64,000 bases of DNA, taken from contig JBFGJG010000009.1 of NCBI GenBank assembly GCA_041577295.1, positions 1 through 64,000 on the forward strand, written 5' to 3'. Below, in pieces: positions 60,960 through 64,000 of this stretch. Position 1 is the stretch's first letter; every line of letters begins with the position of its first letter. Source of the DNA: Gemmatimonadales bacterium. GTDB lineage: Bacteria; Gemmatimonadota; Gemmatimonadetes; Gemmatimonadales; GWC2-71-9. The notes beneath the pieces are model-generated. The model made no database searches, had not been told where the DNA came from, and saw only the letters and a program-made list of their open reading frames with translations. The position numbers were made by a program, and so were the translations under genes.

Positions 60960-62458
60960 CGCGGCCTCGGAGCGTTGGGGATGCGCAGAATGGCTGGATG
61001 CAGGCCGGATTGGTCCCCTCCGGTACCGAAGGAGACGCTGACCCCAGCGTTTACCCTCAGCTGGTTCCAGTCGAACCGAGCCGCATCCGGCCGGCGCCGA
61101 GTTTCCTGGTACCGTGCGCCTTCGAGCATGAGCACAAGAACCTCGGTAGGGCGGTAATCGACTCGGAGGCCAAAGGACCACAGTTTGGCATCATCGAAGC
61201 GGAACTCGAGCGGACGTTGCAGGGTGCCGAAGATGGCCGTCGCCGTGAGCTCATCGAGCGGTTCGAACGACACACCACCATCAAAGCCGATCGAGGACGC
61301 ACCTGGTCCGTACTCCGCATGGTAATCGCCGAAAAACGTCCAGGGCTCGAACCTTGACACGCTTCCGCCCCAACTCCATCTCCAGCCATCGCCTTCAAAC
61401 GCGGCGAGTGCGGTTTCAGCATTCGTATCGTCGAAGCGATACGCCTCGCCGCGGGCTCGTATTTCGATCCCGTCAATCGGCCGCAGCGTTCCCGCGCCAT
61501 ACAGCGCGCTGTACGGAGTGGGACTGAACGCCCCCCAAATGGTCCAGAGATCGAAGTGCGGCCGGTATCGTCTCGCGCCCGCGGTGATGGTCACGAGCGC
61601 ACGGGTGTCGGTGAAGCCAATCCGGCCCTCGGCGCTCCCCCACTGGCTGAACGAAAGATCGTAATCCGCGCCGCCGGAGACCGTCACACCGGCCACTGGC
61701 CGCACGCTCCCGTCGAAGGCCACGCGCTCCGTGACAAAGAGGTTTGAAGCCGGGTCGACCTCTCGCTGGTAGAGGAATGTCCCATCGATGAACGGAAGCG
61801 ACCACCCCAGACGCGCGCCCGCGACCAGCTGGCGATCCCGTGGCTGGAAGTCGTCGAGCGGGTTGAGCGCTTCGCTCGTCACCGGGAGCGCGATGCCACG
61901 AGCCAGTCCCCAACCGGCGTAGGCGAGGAGTCGGAGCTGCCGGACGGGGCGGATCTCTACCTGGCCGCCATCGAAGCCCGTGAAGCCGAGCCGCGAAATC
62001 ACGTTGGTGCGGCCCGCCCGCGCGGTGACGACCGCGGAGGTGTACTCCGCGAAACCCTCGAGCAGGTGAACAGCGGGGTCGGTGCCAGGCCATGTGTCCG
62101 CGTCACCGAGCTCGGCACCAACGCGCACTTTGGCGTGGACGGTGAGTCCACGCACCCCCAGCCCCCACACTGACACGTCGGCCGTGGTCACGACTGGGGC
62201 ACCGGTGCGCCGCGGGCCCGGACGAAAGTAGGTGCAGAACGCCAGCCCGGACCGGCATTGTACGGCAAACCCGTCCGGCGAGAAGAATCCGCCGTTGGGT
62301 TGCTCCACAGCATCCGTGGCGCGAATGCTATCCAGTTGCACACCGCGGAACGCCACCGACTGGACGCGGGTGTCCAACCGGACGCGATACCCCTGCGCCG
62401 ATGCGATGCCAGGTAGCAGCAGTAGCGCAAAGGCAACCGCAGCGCATCTGATTTTCAT
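60956..62458 (-). CDS. putative outer-membrane beta-barrel
   Basis: Signal peptide ending ASA; many alternating aromatic/Gly strands; coupled to cytochrome genes on both sides. Confidence 0.75.
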   Translation of the reverse strand: MKIRCAAVAFALLLLPGIASAQGYRVRLDTRVQSVAFRGVQLDSIRATDAVEQPNGGFFSPDGFAVQCRSGLAFCTYFRPGPRRTGAPVVTTADVSVWGLGVRGLTVHAKVRVGAELGDADTWPGTDPAVHLLEGFAEYTSAVVTARAGRTNVISRLGFTGFDGGQVEIRPVRQLRLLAYAGWGLARGIALPVTSEALNPLDDFQPRDRQLVAGARLGWSLPFIDGTFLYQREVDPASNLFVTERVAFDGSVRPVAGVTVSGGADYDLSFSQWGSAEGRIGFTDTRALVTITAGARRYRPHFDLWTIWGAFSPTPYSALYGAGTLRPIDGIEIRARGEAYRFDDTNAETALAAFEGDGWRWSWGGSVSRFEPWTFFGDYHAEYGPGASSIGFDGGVSFEPLDELTATAIFGTLQRPLEFRFDDAKLWSFGLRVDYRPTEVLVLMLEGARYQETRRRPDAARFDWNQLRVNAGVSVSFGTGGDQSGLHPAILRIPNAPRPR

Positions 62459-64000
62459 GGCGCGACCGGTTGACGGACCAGACGGTGGCGGAAATCCTCG
62501 GGAGTGGAGTTCAGGTGACAGCCAGAGCAGGTCCTGTCTGGATAGTGGTCTCCAGCCTCAGCGTGACACGTGAGACAGAACGGGCTGTCGGGGAGCAGTC
62601 TGGCAACCGTATCCACGGTATGGCACGCGTCGCAGGCCTCGTGCGCCTCGGCAGGCGGAGCGTGCAGCGTGTCGGCGGGCAGCGGTGTGTGGCAGGAAAT
62701 GCAATCTCGCGAGGCGGTGTGGTGGTCGTCGTGACAGTCGGTACATGTCGCAACGGCGCTCGTAGTCACGAGGCTGACGGGCTCCGTATGGCATTCGACG
62801 CAGCGCAGCTCGGTGTGCTGGTCGTGAACGAACCCCACCTGCCGCTCGCGGGCCGGATAGTCTTCTACCGTCACACTCACGGTTGTGGCGAGCGGGGCGC
62901 GAAGCTCCTCCTCTGTGTGACACGACGAGCAGTCAGCAGTGATTGGCGCCTGATGGTGGCAGATCTGGCAGCCCCGCGGTTGTTCGAAGGTCAACGCACC
63001 ATGTCCCGTTCGGGTTTCGTGACAGGTCAAACAGGCGAGATCGGCGTGCTGATCGTGCGAGAAGGAGTCGGGTGGGGTCGCTTGCAGGGTAATACTTGCC
63101 TGGGCTTCACGAGGTCCTGTCGGTGGTAACACGTCACCCTTCCCCCGCGGGCGTTCCGGGTCTACCGGCGCGGAGGCTGGGAATGGACGGTGTGGCGGCG
63201 GCAAGCTCGTCTGACGCAGCGCTTGCGCGGTATCGAACGGGGCGATACGACGCAGCCGTTGCCGCACGGCCCTCGGTGCGCGCTGGTCGTCGGCTATCCT
63301 GAGGTGGCATGCCTGGCAGTCGCTCGCGTCCACACGCGCCCGATGCGGCTCGTGGCAGAGTGTGCAGGCTCGGCCCACGTCCACATGTTGCGTCCCGACG
63401 TGGAACGGCTCGTCCCGCCAATCGACGTGACACTGCGCCGTCGCGCATGTGGCGTCCGCATCGGCGGCCACCTCCTGCTGGTGCGGGTTGTGGCACATGC
63501 CGCACGTCCCACTATGCGGATCGAACACAGGGTCGAAGTCGGCGAGGATCGCCTCCATTTCGTGGCATGAGAAACACGCCGATTCACCGGGCACCAAGGT
63601 GCCCGCGGCAGAATCTCGGGTTGCGAGGGCCGGGACCTCAACTGTGTACTGATGGCACGTGACGCAGTGCAGGGTCGTTTGGTTCTGCATCTTGCCAATG
63701 GTGATGTCGACGTCCACGTGGCAGTCCGCTTGCGAGCAGGTGCTGTCCACCGGGACAAACCGATGGAGCTCGAGCCCGTGACACGACACGCACAAGATGT
63801 CGCGCAGGGCGACGGAGTCCGATTCGAGATGGGTTCGATGACCAGCGGTTGAGGCGACACGCTGCCACACCTCAGGCTCACCGGTAACATGGCAGTTCTC
63901 GCATACGGCATTTGGTACCGGTGAATGGTCGCGAATCTCTTCGGGTCGTTCCGCCACCCACAGATAGAGCTGCCGCATGCTGGCGTAGATCGACTGCTGG
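62455..64000 (-). CDS. multiheme c-type cytochrome, 5' end outside the window
   Basis: 16 CxxCH plus 2 CX4CH visible; frame stays open to the edge (QQSIYASMRQLY). Confidence 0.9.
   Translation of the reverse strand, partial: QQSIYASMRQLYLWVAERPEEIRDHSPVPNAVCENCHVTGEPEVWQRVASTAGHRTHLESDSVALRDILCVSCHGLELHRFVPVDSTCSQADCHVDVDITIGKMQNQTTLHCVTCHQYTVEVPALATRDSAAGTLVPGESACFSCHEMEAILADFDPVFDPHSGTCGMCHNPHQQEVAADADATCATAQCHVDWRDEPFHVGTQHVDVGRACTLCHEPHRARVDASDCQACHLRIADDQRAPRAVRQRLRRIAPFDTAQALRQTSLPPPHRPFPASAPVDPERPRGKGDVLPPTGPREAQASITLQATPPDSFSHDQHADLACLTCHETRTGHGALTFEQPRGCQICHHQAPITADCSSCHTEEELRAPLATTVSVTVEDYPARERQVGFVHDQHTELRCVECHTEPVSLVTTSAVATCTDCHDDHHTASRDCISCHTPLPADTLHAPPAEAHEACDACHTVDTVARLLPDSPFCLTCHAEAGDHYPDRTCSGCHLNSTPEDFRHRLVRQPVAP

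Noticed and set aside
59649..61157. Long antisense ORFs (also 580..1560, 8533..9657, 24908..25945, 49892..50998)
   Set aside because: Shadows of well-supported genes in high-GC DNA; no recognisable motifs.

Overview
High-GC bacterial chromosomal segment; gene content suggests Gemmatimonadota (inference only). In order: the start of a tufB-type tRNA cluster (Thr-Tyr-Gly), cysS and mscS; a small secreted twin-CX7C peptide gene followed by an ABC transporter and a Yip1-like protein; pspA preceded by four tandem paralogous membrane-anchored coiled-coil proteins; uvrA; a cutA-TPR-degenerate macrodomain-transglutaminase-ABC operon; two paralogous unknown lipoproteins; a variant cytochrome c maturation cluster (CcmE with CXXXY); glpK; a complete V/A-type ATPase operon divergent from a membrane-bound group 1 [NiFe]-hydrogenase/hyp operon (zinc-finger-less HypA, hemerythrin-like gene, menA-like gene); housekeeping and envelope genes; and at the right edge a multiheme cytochrome / beta-barrel / 16-heme cytochrome cluster resembling a porin-cytochrome conduit. 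No CRISPR array, rRNA or mobile element was seen. The best candidates for undescribed systems are the four-paralog array beside pspA, the twin-CX7C peptide cassette and the porin-multiheme cluster. All calls come from motif reading; no database searches were run. Several starts were moved from the ORF track to coupled or RBS-supported codons.
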